Shown: piece after piece, positions 1-14,810 of the stretch | How positions within the stretch are numbered: the stretch's first letter is position 1 | How the letters are laid out: each line of letters starts with the position of its first letter | From: Eledone cirrhosa | Lineage: Eukaryota | Direction of reading: 5' to 3' | Length of the DNA: 64,000 bases | Assembly: GCA_964016885.1 (NCBI GenBank) | Contig: OZ024746.1 | Location: 46,748,001 to 46,812,000, forward strand | Position numbers and translations under genes: made by a program | The notes under the pieces: model-generated | The model's input: only the letters and a program-made list of their open reading frames with translations | What the model was told of the DNA's origin: nothing | The model's database searches: none

Positions 1-74
1 TGCTTTATATAAATTTATCTATGGATAGCCTTGAATACAATTACTCTAGGCAATAATAACTGAAATATTATTGT

Positions 75-323
75 ATGTCTAGAGCGGGTAGAATTCCCGA
101 GATCCATGGACGAGTTCTCTCTAGTGATCTCTGTCCCTCATTATGGCAGCCATGTCTTGCGTCTCCAAGAGACCAGTGTTGGGCAACAACATATGTTAAC
201 CTCCGTCTTACTCTTCCAGTGTGTCCATGCAGCGGCTCCCACGGGAGCACTGAGTGCAGTGTCAACTCTGGATGTCGGTGAGCATGTCCAGCTAATCTGT
301 CTCCTCTGTGCTACTCTCTTGAG
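75..323 (-). pseudogene. 3' fragment of an RTE-clade LINE ORF, frameshifted
   Basis: The minus strand reads RVAQRR/LAGHAHRHPELTLHSVLPWEPLHGHTGRVRRRLTYV, matching the RTE C-terminal pattern LAGH..R.....LLWEP.HG...GRP..TY. It is truncated at a (TA)n tract. Confidence 0.65.
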
Positions 324-364
<41 letters not shown>

Positions 365-365
<1 letters not shown>

Positions 366-556
366 CCGTATTTTGACTAAAGAAATTAAAGAAATTATTT
401 AGCCTGATAGTGGGGTTAAGAACCCTCGGAGAAATGGAAAAAGATGAGTATTGACGTACATGGGAGTCAATACTCATCTTTTTCCATTTCTCCGAGGGTT
501 CTTAACCCCACTATCAGACTAAATAATTTCTTTAATTTCTTTAGTCAAAATACGGC
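365..556. repeat. Fold-back inverted repeat with ~91-bp arms next to (TA)n
   Basis: gccgtattttgactaaag...gagtattgac (365-455) is the reverse complement of gtcaatactc...ctttagtcaaaatacggc (466-556), with 1 mismatch and a 10-nt spacer. Confidence 0.95.
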
Positions 557-610
557 GATAACTTACATTTCTAATAATTTCAAACCCACTCGCTGTTTCG
601 AAAATATTCT

Positions 611-669
<59 letters not shown>

Positions 670-673
<4 letters not shown>

Positions 674-927
674 ATACTTTGGGAGGGTCATGTTGCCAAT
701 AAGAAACACACGCACCAGTTGCTTTCACTTCAATTTATTATAATACATTTATAAATTTAGGAATTTATAAATTTCCGGTTGGTTGGTTGGTTGGTTCCAC
801 AACCAGATGGTTGTTTATATATTGTCAAAGTTCTTTCGTCACACACTCTGTGACCTCTTCAGTGACTGGGGATTCTTTTCTTTGTTTTTGTGCCTCTCCT
901 TTGTTCTGTCCTACGCCATCTTGTTTC

Positions 928-935
<8 letters not shown>
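670..935 (-). mobile_element. PLE 3'-end (pLTR) fragment, same family as 51830-52070
   Basis: Reverse-complement similarity to 51830-52070 and similarity to 33440-33540. Contains an HHR motif. Confidence 0.6.
824..866 (-). ncRNA. Minimal type I hammerhead ribozyme
   Basis: Minus strand: gtca-CTGAAGA-g-gtcaca-gagtg-tgac-GAAA-gaac-TT-tgac. Stem I is gtca/tgac and stem II is gtcac/gtgac. Confidence 0.75.
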
Positions 936-960
<25 letters not shown>

Positions 961-2125
961 GTATACATATATATAAATAGTGTAGCGCACAGATACGTGT
1001 GTGTGCGTGTGTGTATGAGAGCACGTGTGGCGTTTTAGATATACTGCGTCCATATATCTTTATCCTATCCTGTCACTATTTTCCCTCCATGTTCCATTCC
1101 TCTGCCATTTCCATTCTTTTTTAACATTTCATGACTACTATACAAAATCCTACAACCCTTATTCCACACATCCTCTCACATGTCAATATCTTCAACGTTG
1201 TCAATTAACTAGAATAGATGCATTCTTAAGCCTAAATGTTTCTGTCAATACGTCTGTTACTACTCCCCAAGTCAGAAATACGTTCTTACATGGGAACCAA
1301 AACATGAACATCTCTCGAAAACTTAAACCCAAGAAAAGAGAAAGATTAAAAAATTTAGTTGGAGTTTGGTGGAGGCAATTAAAATACGTTATTTTTTTAA
1401 ATTTCCTATTCTTCACTGATCAGGCAAACATGTTGAATACGACATTATCATAAGACTGATGGATGTGATTTGAAACAAATTTGATTCCTATGTCTAATAG
1501 AAGCTTAGAGTCTCATTCGTTGCTTCAATGGAAACATGATGTTTACCCGTTAGTTTATAATTAAGTCAACTTGAGAAAGTTACCCCAAATATATCAGTCC
1601 TGTAGTTTTATATCCCATTGGGCTTCTTCTAATCAAATAAAAGCTGTAATATTGTTTTAGGATGAGGATTTTCGAAACCCAAATGCAAAGATCTTTGTTG
1701 ATAATGATAGTAAAACTTTAAAGGTAGAAAACATGCACTAACTTCCATATATGCATGTGCACAGAGAACACGCACGAATATATTTACCGAAAAAAGATAA
1801 AAATTAAAAACACCTGCCACAAACATAAAATGAAAGTGTGATAAAAGGAAATGCCACAGGGAATATCATTTAAACGAACATTGCCGATTCGTACGGGGAA
1901 AAACGTTGCACCGAGTACTTCATATGTTTTCGTGAAAAGGTTAAAACTTTATGTGTATAAAGGCAAGTTCTTCTTTTGGGGATATGTATATATATATATA
2001 GCTTATATAGGTACATAGATAAATAGAAAAATGAAAGTTATATAACCAGATTTATAAAGCAAACACACATAAAACCACACACGCACACGCACATACACAC
2101 ACGCGCACACATACATACATATGTA

Positions 2126-2208
<83 letters not shown>

Positions 2209-2363
2209 CACAATTCATACAGTGAAGGTTTGTATAACACTCATTTCCAAATATAAAGCAGCAATATTTCACAATTCACGTATATTCTCTATTCCTATTC
2301 GCATCGAACGATGCAACGAGAGTGAGTGGAAGAGATGAGAAAAGGGGTGATCAAGATAATGGT

Positions 2364-2553
2364 TTCTGATTTAGGCATACATCCAACAATTTTCTGGGAG
2401 GGGAAAGTCAATTAAATCATTACTGGTACTTTATTTTATCGATTCTGTATGGATGAATGGCACAGCTAACCTCGGCAGCGTTTGAAAGGGACGCAACTCT
2501 ATGCCATAGATCATGTTGCCCCACGCTCTACCGACACTGCCAATCCACCACCC
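2364..2553 (-). mobile_element. tRNA-derived SINE, family A, degenerate
   Basis: Reverse-complement match to the family core gaggttaactttgcctttcatcc...gtcgataaaataaagtaccag and to the head ggtggattggcag. Confidence 0.7.
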
Positions 2554-2968
2554 TCAAAGTCATGTAGATAACGAAAGACTTTAAGCGGTAGAAAGGGTTA
2601 GATGCATAGAAAAAAGGAGGAGTGTCATGGTGATGTTTTTAAATTTTATCGTTCTTTCTTACGGAAGCCTTTTGGTTTTTAATAAAATCTACTGGTATAA
2701 CTAGAGTCTAGTGATCCCCTTTGGGATGTTTTTGGCACATAATTATTTTGATAATGCTTATTTATTTCTGAAAGTCTGTGGATGTTGTTTCCGTAAAGGT
2801 AAATTACGATTATGTTGAAAATTGTTTTTAAAAAAATATTTATTTTTGTTCAGAAGGAAAGAAACAAACTGTCTTTTAACTATTCAATAACTTGATCATG
2901 ACTATCATAAAATATATTTATAAGAACAATAATAAGTGCTACGGGTCACATTGCAGGATATCACCCGG

Positions 2969-3078
2969 AAATCCCGCCGAGGTTAACTTTGCCTTTCATC
3001 CTTACGGGGTCGATAAAATAAAGTACCAGTAATACACTGAGATATTTGCTGGCCTTGTGCCAAAAGTAGAAACAATTA
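2969..3078 (+). mobile_element. SINE family A, 3' part
   Basis: aaatcccgccgaggttaactttgcctttcatccttacggggtcgataaaataaagtaccag...gctggccttgtgccaaaagtagaaac, near-identical to 15957-16064 and 23471-23579. Confidence 0.85.
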
Positions 3079-3687
3079 TGTTGTTCTGGTAAAAAGGTTT
3101 TTTTTAAAGAAAAGAACTATCTTTGAATTAAATTTTTAATTCTATTTTCGTAATATAATCATAATCAACACCTTTTAAAACGTATTTTAGTGATAATTCA
3201 CACAAAATAAATTATCAAGAAAGTTATCAGGAAGCAGCTCGGTTGGTAATAAAGCACTGTTATATATATCGGGGAAATATTTGTATTGAGCTTCATCCTC
3301 GTAATGCTCTGACCGCTTTATATATTCGATAAAAGGCTTGAAGTATTATATGTGTTGCCAGTGAAAGGATGAATGGAAATTATTTTCGAATTTTTTTTCC
3401 GAACAAACAGAAATACCAAATTCTAAAACCTGGTTTGTAGTAAAATACCAAATAAAAGGTTTGCCGGTAATTTATGATATATGACTGTTGAAACCTTAAC
3501 TTACAAATGTCGGTGAATAAAGGGAATCCACATTAGATTCATACGTTTGATGCTACCGCTTTAACTACAACGATTTCCCGCTCCTATAGCGTCTTGTTTG
3601 TAAAGTGTAAGAAAGTGGCCCACTTGAAATTAAAAAAGGCATTACCTAACTATGTCTGGTTACAATTACTCATCATTCAATATATTG

Positions 3688-3894
3688 ATTTCTAATTTAA
3701 GCAGAAGATCAACAAATTTGGTGGGAGAACAAAGTTGATTTAACCAACCCCAGTGACACACTGATACTTTTTTTCGTCCCGGAAGTGTGAAAGGTAAAGT
3801 TCAGCAGGATTTGAACTCAGAATATATAGAAGCAGTATAAATAACATAATGACATTTAATCCGATCCTCTACCAATTCTGCCTATCCACCGCCC
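3688..3894 (-). mobile_element. SINE family A, degenerate
   Basis: Reverse B-box ggatttgaactcag, head ctgcctatccaccgcc and remnants of the core. Confidence 0.65.
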
Positions 3895-5110
3895 TCATCA
3901 TTCAATATGCTGAAATCTGTTCGTATTATAGCGAAAGCAAACTGAATATCAGGATCAGTTATATAAACTGCTTGTTGGAAAACATTGTGTGAACTTATAA
4001 TATATATTTAGTGAATTCAATTTTTGAATTTGCGTGGCGTATCTTTCATTTCAAAATTCATTCGTCCTCTTTAATGATCTAACAATCAGCATTTATGTGG
4101 ATTACACTGGATCCAAATTTGGAAGAATATTTCCGAGATGTGTATCAGCTCAAATAATTTCGCTCAGACAATAATGTCCCATTCAAAATAAATAGTACGC
4201 TCTCGTTGCAACAGTGTGAAGATATTAGAGCTATAGCAATGTATGAAAACATTACTATGAATATTGCATATTGTGAATACTGTATATTGTAAATATCATA
4301 TTTATATTTTAATATCGGTGCATGATTTTTGTGTGATTGCACGTAATTAATAATATTTAAGCTTGCAGTTATTTCTATATTGAGGTGGACCTCTAAGTTG
4401 ATTTAAACTTTTGTATATAGGATCATACGTGATAACAACAATATATGAATAAACTCTGTATGACACAAAATAAATGGAGATTACTTTCTTAGTATAAACG
4501 TTGACTGTTGAAACAATTATAGATTTATTGGAGCCTGCATATTTTTGCGAATGAACGTTTGCGCATAATGCATTCACATATAACGTGCTTCCCCAATATA
4601 AACAAGGCAGCGCGGTGGGACATCTTGTTTTATATATCTTATGCTTTTTTTTTTCCTTTGCAAACCATTGAATATCATATAGAGTTTTGTGAAACTAGTG
4701 TGGAATTTTGAGCAATTAAATAAATTAAATTTTTTTAAGCTCCAAATACCTTTCAATTAAAGAAAATATTTTATATATTTCTACGTGTGTGAAAAAAAGC
4801 GAATTTTCACACAGTGACACACACACATATATATATGTATGTGTGCATATGCATATATATTTATTTTATATTTATATATATGTATATATACACACACACA
4901 CACATATATATATATATATTAGTACCTAGTTGTCACTCGTTACATAATTTTATTCCCTGAACAGTGGCAAATGGTAAGAGATTATGTACAATAAGTTTAT
5001 GCAAAATTAATCTACAAAATAAATTTATTCAAATCTATGGATTTGATTTCGCTTCACTTGGTTCGTAGTATTTGCAAATAAACATTCATAAATAGTATTT
5101 GCAAATAAAC

Positions 5111-5186
<76 letters not shown>

Positions 5187-5274
5187 TTGTGTGTGTGTGT
5201 ATAAAAGTTGTTTTCTCAGTTTCTAAATGTTCTAAATGACTAGGATTCTAGTTACACGTTTTCGACATTCCTTA

Positions 5275-5321
5275 TGCTCCGATGATTCCAGAGTTCCCTC
5301 TGGAAGAAACAATTGTCAGCA
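5275..5321 (+). ncRNA. Minimal type I hammerhead ribozyme, U4C core
   Basis: tgct-CCGATGA-ttccagag-ttcc-ctctggaa-GAAAC-aatt-GTC-agca. Perfect 8-bp stem II, palindromic stem III ACAATTGT and a GUC site. Confidence 0.85.
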
Positions 5322-5389
5322 AATAAATGTTCTAAACTAAAATTTGATCGTTTTAACACTTTATATATATATATATATATATATGTGTG

Positions 5390-5479
<90 letters not shown>

Positions 5480-5529
5480 TGTGTGTATATATATATATAT
5501 ATGTGTGTGTATATATATATATATATGTG

Positions 5530-5636
<107 letters not shown>

Positions 5637-7129
5637 ATGTGTGTGTGTGTGTAAGTTGTTTTCTCAGTTTCTGTGTGTATACAAACACATATACATAGGG
5701 CGCTATATATATATATATATATATATATGAAAGTTGTTTTCTCTGTTTGTGTGTGTATACTTCATTGATTTGAAGAGGTCAGAGCCCTATTGTTTATTAT
5801 TATATTGAAATATTGTGTAAGGTTAACGTTATTCTGTCATGTGCTCTCAGTCATAAATTTTCTGTATCGCACAAATCGTAAGCGATTAACTTGCCTTTTA
5901 TTTTTTTATGTACTATAAAATAGAAAAGTTGAATCAATCAACTATGCTTTCTCATCGTTTGAAAACAGCTCTTTTGTATATGTGAAGTATCAATAGTCGA
6001 GGGAAATCATTCCATTTAATAATTTAATAGAAAATACCGATAATTTATCTGCTGCTGTGTTTAGAGGAATATATGTTTTGAATAAACACACCATAAACAA
6101 AAATCATCTGTTTTTTCCTCCAAAACATATTACCTTAGAAGTGGATTCAAATTGCAAGTTTTGATGACAAATTCATATCTTAAGAATTTCCCATATAAGG
6201 CCTAAGAAGCTACTCGATATAATCTCAGATAATGTCAATAGTCCATGGTAAAAAATATGCCTATTAAACTATAATTATAAAAATACAATATGGGCGATTG
6301 GTAGCAATTTCCATGCTTGAAGTCATGTCAATCTGCCCAGTTTATATCTTCTTATACGTTGAAATCGTCAAACTATAAATATTCTGTGAGAGAAAAATAT
6401 GTTTCCATGTCGAATTACGGATTGTCTTAATTTACTGTGATACTGATATATTCGTTTTAATTGAATTATAGTCATTTCTTTGCCTCTTTCGACAAAAATA
6501 TTTATTACTATTTCAGGAATGTTTGTTTGTTGGTTTCTTCAAAATACAACCGAATGTGACAAGGTTTTGCCAAACACAAAAAGTTTCTGGATACAGTTGG
6601 ATACTTAATATTACTCTCTCACACTAGCCTCTGAGCTCACAATGTGTACGTTTCTATGTAGTCGCTTGGTCCTCTAGAAATAGCAGCCAGATCTATCACT
6701 AATTACACTTTATTGTTTTAAAGTATGGTTAGCATATCAGATTATGTAGCTGTAGATAATCTTCGTCTAAAAATAAAGAGGGATGGTCACAGAAGTATTG
6801 TTCTCAGTAATAAATCTGCTTGATTAGGGCTATCCCGTCACTAACTAAATACAACAATAACTGTGTTCTGAGTTTGTTCTGTTCCTCCTCTCTTTACGTA
6901 AATCATCAAATAATTATTCAATCTCTAAATATTTACTCATTCTCTCTCTATATCTGAGCAATGAAACATATCTCTGTAATCCTTCTAAACGCTTTCTAAA
7001 AGCCAACGTTTTCGACGTTGTTGGTTATCTACGTATCGTCTTCATGTCGGTCATTTCATAAATGATGGATATCATGAATAAACAATCATTGAAATATGAA
7101 AGACAACTCAAAATTACGGATTATTAGGG

Positions 7130-7256
<127 letters not shown>

Positions 7257-8730
7257 TTGAAATAGGAAAATAGAAAATAGCAAAATAGCAAACCATAAAT
7301 ATAACATTATTTCTTTCTTTACTGCATTGATTCAAGCAATTGCAGGCCATAAATGTGGCTTTTAATTGCCAGAATACGATCAGTACATTGTAATGTAGAG
7401 GTGTCAACTGTCTAGATCAACGAAGAACAAAAATATTAATCCCAAATTAGGACGCCTAATATATCCGAGTTGATAATGAAATGGAAAACTTTCCTTGTAT
7501 TTATGGTTTATTGCTTAAACTCTAAACTAATAAGAAGTTGCTACAAAGTATGTAGAACAAAAATGAGACCCCTACTATATACGTAAATATTTTTATATTA
7601 TTCTATTTGTTTATTTAGGATTATAAATTATCAGCTTCTAAAAATAATGAGGAAGTTATCAACCACAGAATTAATTGCATTTGTATAGGCAGCTTTTTTT
7701 TCTAAAAAAGAAAACATGAAATAAAATAAACGTTTTAAAATCTAACCAAATACCAGTTAAAGTCAAAAGTAAGATATATAACACTTTCATTATCCCTGTA
7801 ATTATGCATGGATTAGATTGTCTCACGTAGACTGAAAAGCTACTTTAAAAATTGAAGTATTCCAAAACCATGTCATGAGATTTATTACTGGTAAACACAT
7901 AACTGTCAGAGTTAAAATATTACATCTATGAGAAAAGACAGATTTTTAGTAAAGTTAAATACAACTTTCTCAAATTCTTTGGCCACATCATACGCTCAAC
8001 CTGTAATATTTCTGTTCAAATAGTATGATATCTGAAAATAGAAACTGGGGACGTATCAGTAGTTAATGGAGGGACCATGGGCAAAAGCTAATGCATTGTC
8101 AACGAACAGGGATATATGAAGGAAATGTGTTCTTGTTTTTCCAAATTCTACCGCAAGTGAAAATAGTGATTTCTAAGAGATAGCATTCTATATCACAATT
8201 TGTGAACAATGATATCATTGATTACTGCTTCCCAAAGGTATAGTTGTTGATTCACTCTATTTTCGACAGTGAGAATCGGCAGTAGGTATAACTCGGCACA
8301 GAAACATATATCACAGGGCACTTCGTTTTAAAAGCATTGTTTTTCCGGATTTCCGGCTTTCTGGTTTTTCCGTTGATGTTCTTCACCGATATTGACACAA
8401 ACGTTATTACAATACACCCTACTGACATGATAACAGTAAGGCGTATTAGACGTTATATTTCTAAATATACAAAGAAAAGGATTATTGACCAATTTCACAC
8501 ATTTTAGTATCAAAGCTGAAACTCTTCTGATAACAGATCTGTTCAATCAGGGTTTACTCAGCGCTACACAACAACCTCTAGTGAGGCGTACTCAATCGCT
8601 TATAGTTAATTATAGTTAATTATCAGGGTGTTCCCCCAAAATATATAGACACTTCAACACCATTCTAATAAATATTCCCTGTACAGGTAATCAAAGTGTG
8701 TATACGTGTTTATAAATGCTTATATCTATA

Positions 8731-9147
8731 TCATCATCACCGTTTTACGTCCGTTCTTCCACGCTAGCATGGGTTAGACAGGTTGTCCTGTTGTGGGCAG
8801 TGTCCAGTCGGCTGACCATGCCTTGCTCATACAGGAACTGATTCTGGCTTGATTTCTACAGCTGGCTGCCCTTCCTAACACCAACCTCATTTACAGTGAG
8901 TGCTGGGTGCTTTTTCGTGGCGCCTACACGTCCACTTTACAGTGTGCGCTGGGTACTTTTTTTCCGTGGCACCTCCACGACCACCTTGCAGTGGGGGGGG
9001 GGCATATTGTCTATATGCTTCAGCTTGTACCCATGGGAGGTCGGGTACTCTGTATTACTGCGTGACGCCAGAGATCACGGTCGTGTGTCATCGTCTTTGA
9101 GAGGTGTAATTGGGTAAGGTCGGCTTTTATCACCTCATCCCAGGTCA
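8731..9147 (-). mobile_element. RTE-type LINE/SINE 3' tail remnant
   Basis: (CAT)n terminus followed by cgttttacgtccg...catgggttagacagg and tttctacagctggctgcccttcctaacaccaacc, a typical RTE-tail motif. Confidence 0.55.
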
Positions 9148-10255
9148 TCTATATATCTCTATATATAATCCTTATAGTTAATTATCAGTTAATTACAGCA
9201 ATGGCGGTAGTTTTACAACAAAATCAATGTCACCACATGCTGTTTAAGAGGATTTCGCTTCTGAGTATTAAGCCAAAGTTACTCACTGTATATAAATAAA
9301 ACTACATAGACATCTTCCTCTTATTGTTTCTTTCTCATTTGCTTCCCCATTTTCTGCACAAAACGAATAGTCGTCTTCACCAACATTGTCATCCTCATTA
9401 TCCTCGTCTTTATCATCGACATTTCCATCGTTGTCATGACAATCATCATCATCATTATCATCAATGATACTTATGACATTAACTGGATTAGGTGCGGCAC
9501 GTTGTATTTATTGATTACTTTCATGGCTATGAATATTTCAAGTAATGTAAACCAGCGAGTTGTATGTGTATATGTGCCTGTCTGCTTTATGCATGCATGT
9601 ACGTATGCATGTATGTATGTATGTAGTAAGTATGTGTGTGAGTGATATGAATAATGATAGGAAAAGTGGAAGTAATAGAGAGACGACATCATTGTATATG
9701 TAATGTAGCAAATTGTTATATTAACCCGTTGCCACATTAATACTACTTTGACCTATACACATCTAAGCTGGCTGAGTCAATTATTCTTTGACATGCTGAC
9801 TGAACAGTCAACAGTTCATCTACATTGACGTGTAGACAGCAAAAGCAGTTAGATCTTACATATCTAGTACTATCAACAATAACTAGGCAGTATGTAAAAT
9901 TATATTATACCACGATAACAAACGAAGCACTCTATCAATGATGATGACTGTCTCTTTTACATACAGAAACTCTATAGGGTTACTTGACCTGGACTAAACA
10001 CTACAGCTATCGCATGCTATCTAGTATGGCATCATATCATGTACCAGGATTTCGCTAATGGTTATAGGGCCAATGTAGTGTCAAACCAACAATTAGGACT
10101 GCCACTTATTTACAGATCCTAAAAGAGTGAACATTTAATCGAGCGCAGAGAGCTGGAAGAAATAATGCATACATGCATAAGTTCTTAACTCTTATTGATT
10201 GGTTGGGGCGTGTCTTGCCTATTCAGCAGAAATATGAATATAATCTGTTTCTTCC

Positions 10256-10325
<70 letters not shown>

Positions 10326-12029
10326 AAGAGGAAGTGTGAAAGAGATAGAGAGGACATATCGCACCGAGAATGGACTATTACGTAATTCATCAATCTCAAA
10401 AAGATGAAAGTCAAAGTTAACATTGGTGGGATTCGCACTCAAAGCACAATGAGTCTGAACGAATACTGAGAAACACTCTAACGTTTTAAAAACTGTGCCA
10501 AGTTGGGGCCATAAATGATATTACAAGACATTATATTCAAATCTTTAAAAGCCCTGCGAATCGGCCATCCTTGATCAGTTGTAAATAACAGCAAGAACTT
10601 TCGAAAATTGCACCATGCTTGCTTAAAAAAGAAATGACATGTCAATTGTAGACCAAGACACTACATCTCAGTTTGACCATTGCTAGAATGCACTTGATCC
10701 TATGATTGGTATTGAACAACAACAAGAAATCTTATAAGTCAACAAAACTGTATTAGCACAGGTACATGAACAGCTAGAAATAATAGCCAAATCTCCCTCA
10801 AATGTTCTAAATGATACACAAAATGACAAAACAGGCACTAAGGGAAGGCATTTTGTACTCTACACACACACACACACATATATGTATATATATATGCGTG
10901 TGTATTCATATATAAATATATATATATATGTGTGTATGTGTGTATGTATGTGTGTAACAGGTCACTCTTGGACGCTAGAGTTAATCTGGAACTCAGTATA
11001 ACTTGTTGCGTGATCGAGTCATAGGCAACTCCATCGGGAACCTCGCCAAACCTGCTTGGAGAGAAGGGTGAACTTTTGACACCTTAAAGGATGAAGGACA
11101 GGAGAACGCATGTGCTGCAAGGACTTTGTCCAAAGTTGTGTATAATTCCTTATACATACATATATGATGATGGCTACATCTCGATTTTGAGTAACGCCAT
11201 CGCTTGATACTTAAGCATGAGCATCATGGACATGGCTTTTTAGTCATACATACATACATACATACACACATACATATATTGTATGCATGCATATATGTAT
11301 GAATGCATATGTACATATGTAAGTATATATGTATGTACGTATGCATGCATGCTTATTTGTATGCATGCAATATAAATAATAAAAATGAAATAAATCTTTT
11401 GAAAATAGGGCTTTGTTGTAACGTTATTTAATAGATGTTGTTGAATGAACCAGTTAACAGAATAACAAAATCAGTTACATGAAAATGAAAATGTGGTGGG
11501 GAAAATACAAAACAACATAATGTATTTCGGGTATTGCTGACTATAATAATGACTAATAATTCAAGATAATTCAAATATTGACCCACCTATGTATGTGGAA
11601 GAGAAATGTTTTAATTTATGTCGGATCATATTTTGTGTATGTGTGTGCGCACCTGTATGTGTGTATTTTTGTGTGCACGCACTTTTGTATGTGTACTGGG
11701 TCAAATATTGTTTTCTCATTATACAATGAGATATGTGTGTAGATCGAATGTTGCCATATATGTCTTGCATAATATTTGATTTTAATATAAATTAGGATAG
11801 TGTAGTAGCAGTGGTTACAGAGACAAAATTAAATACAGTAGATCATTTAGTTTAACGTAATATCTGTTCTACTAACTCAACAAGCTAAATATTGATTTCT
11901 TTCATTGGGAAAATTCCAAAATTGAGTAGGTGAGGAGTATAGTATATTAATATATTATATCAATATAGTATATTCATATAGTATATTACAGGCATTATAT
12001 ATTACTGGTATATAGTTTACGTATATCAC

Positions 12030-12183
12030 GTGATGAATTGGCAGAGATATTAGTGTTGAATAGAATTCCCTGCAGTACGTGTTCGAATTGGCTGCGACGT
12101 ACCGAGCTCAAATCGCACTAATATCAACACAGCTTTTCGTTCTTCAGGGGTCGATAAACAAAATACCAGTCAAGTATACCAGT
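12030..12183 (+). mobile_element. SINE family A, degenerate
   Basis: Head gaattggcaga and core cttttcgttcttcaggggtcgataaacaaaataccagt. Confidence 0.6.
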
Positions 12184-13754
12184 AAATGCATATCCATGTC
12201 ACCAAGACCCTCTCTCTACCAGCCTTTATCTATGTTCCTATTTTTCTATCTAAATCACCTACGTCACGACATCAGCAGTGCCGTGTATAAGGATAAAATA
12301 CATATAATACACACACATCCCACACACAAATTTACTCATATATATGTATATGTGTGTATGTGTATGTGTATATGTTGATGAGTGTGTGTATGTTTGTATG
12401 TATGTGTATGGGGGTGTAGGGATGTGTATACATTTTCTTTCAAACGTTTTATATTGTCTGAAAAGCTAAACTACTCTTCCATATTTGAAGTTAAATCATT
12501 CCTTAGTTTAAAGTTTCGTCCACTAGAGGACTTTTAAATCAGGAAATATCACGTGTAAACAGATGTCGACATGCCACATCATAAACATCACTAATGCAGC
12601 AGAATAACGACACAGTAAAAATCCTCAAGTCACACAATTTATTCAAAATGATTTCCTTTTGTTTTATAAAAATACTTTCTTACATAAAAATGTTTCCATT
12701 TTCTTATATTCTATATAGGAATGTTTCCTATTATAACGGTTTATTTGAAAGAAAGTAAAATGGATGCTCACGGCTGGAATGCCTTCATGTCATTTTCTAT
12801 TAAAAATATTTTGTACATAAAAGTACATTCTTCTAGCTGTGTGTATACACGAATTTAGCATGTAGCAGCGTAAGGACAGAAATTAAATGCATTTCGTCAT
12901 TTCACTGTTCCCGTCATGTTTCCGTTACGTCTTTTCATTTTATTTTCAGAGTGTTAGTAAAATAGGACACGGCCGAAAGATATACATACAATTATCATTA
13001 TTTTAGGATTTTGTTATCACTATATTCACAGTATAGGTACAAGTTCTATAAATACTTAAAGTTTTTCATCGTTATTTATCAGAATTTATCCGAAGATCCC
13101 TTAAAGCAACCTAAAGCTAATCCCTTACTCTAACCCATTCTCATTGTCATCCTCTTACTAAATGACTCATTGTCTGTTTGCCAAGTGTGATAAATACCTC
13201 ACACTTCCATTCATTTTAAATTAACATCTATCGATCATTCACTTTCTATTTGTCGTCTGACAGCTTTATACTTTCACACCATCTCTTTAGAGTAGCAGTT
13301 AACAAAAAAAATTAGGTTTATTACTATATATGTGTGCCGAGTTAACGATGTTTAATTGAAGCTCAAGCTCTTTCAACCAACTATTAACAGAGGCAACATT
13401 CCCCCAAACTGCATTCATCGTACACTGGATAAAAAAAAGACGGGAAGGTTACAAATGGAATAACGTTGAAGCTAGGTCTGCTCGATCATAATCGATTTTC
13501 GCCTAAACAACATTAGCAACAATTAACATATTTATCAATGTATTCATTCATCATAATACTTCAGGTAGAAAAGAATAAAACAAAATATATAAGCCATATA
13601 TACAATGTAACAATAGGACCATGGTCTCTGGATCCGCTAGATTTGTGGGATTTCTTGTGAATCTAATCATATGAATATCGAAAAGAAGATCAGTGGATGA
13701 TAATGATATTTCAATGATGTTTGTAGAGAAGTATAGGTTTACAAATTACTGTGA

Positions 13755-13830
<76 letters not shown>

Positions 13831-14293
13831 TTTCTTTCTCCTCCCTTATCGTTTCAATTTGAATTGCCTCGGGAACCTAACCTTATTATGTAATAAGTTG
13901 TCTAGAGGACTTTGACATCTGAAACTACTTCGCATTTTCTTATTCTAAATATAGTCCGTCATTCCTATGTGGAAAAATTATGTTGAGTGCTTGAGTTAGT
14001 TTGCATCAATATTTAGCGTAAGGATTTAGCTCCTAAGTATGGAGCGCTTTATAGTGTAACCGATATATATGAAATATTATCGTGTATATATATATATATG
14101 TAGATAAATGTACCAAAATATACGGTAGTGTCCAATCCTTATGAAGAACTCAATGTAATCCAAATATCATGAAAAGAGAAGATGTATTCAAAAGTTTTTT
14201 CGATGAAAATCACAGGATAACAGAGTCAAAATAAATTAATAAAAACAATGAATAAAAACAAAGAAAGAGTTCCTTATATTAAAAAATTCATCA

Positions 14294-14417
14294 TTTTACG
14301 ATCGTTTCTAGGATATATATGTGTGTTGGTATGTATATCATATAGATCTATGTAAAAATGTTACAAACTATCAGAGGGAATATACATACCTACACATATA
14401 TATGCTGTCTTCAGAAA
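14294..14417 (-). ncRNA. Type I hammerhead ribozyme with ~100-nt stem II
   Basis: Minus strand: ttt-CTGAAGA-[atatatatgtgtaggtatgtatat...atatacataccaacacacatatatat]-GAAAC-gatc-GTA-aaa. Stem III is the palindrome ACGATCGT. Stem I is short. Confidence 0.7.
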
Positions 14418-14420
14418 AAG

Positions 14421-14608
14421 GTGACGTGGTTGCCTAAACACTGTACGGCGTAATTCGGGCTGTTTGTTTGTTTACAAACAAACCGAGCATTATAATAGAT
14501 GTTCGGTAAACCGATACGTTCATATATATATATGTGTGCATGTATGTATATATATACATACTACTGTACGTCTGTATACATGTATGTATGTACGTATACA
14601 TACATACA

Positions 14609-14610
<2 letters not shown>
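14421..14610 (+). mobile_element. Partial inverted copy of the 433-nt HHR unit at 36964-37493
   Basis: ggttgcctaaacactgtacggc...tttacaaacaaaccgag...ctactgtacgtctgtataca is the diverged reverse complement of 36970-37145. Confidence 0.8.
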
Positions 14611-14682
<72 letters not shown>

Positions 14683-14728
14683 CGTAAAATAAGAAAATTA
14701 TAGTAATTAACTTACTTACTTAAATTTT

Positions 14729-14810
14729 ACTCCAACTAATTGGTTTCTGAAAGGGGATATACATAGTCTTCAAATGGAGACCATGGAGAATCCTTTCTTC
14801 ATCAGTGAGT
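14729..14810 (-). ncRNA. Type I hammerhead ribozyme in the inverted arm
   Basis: Minus strand: actca-CTGATGA-a-gaaagg...cctttc-a-GAAAC-caatta-GTT-ggagt. Confidence 0.8.
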
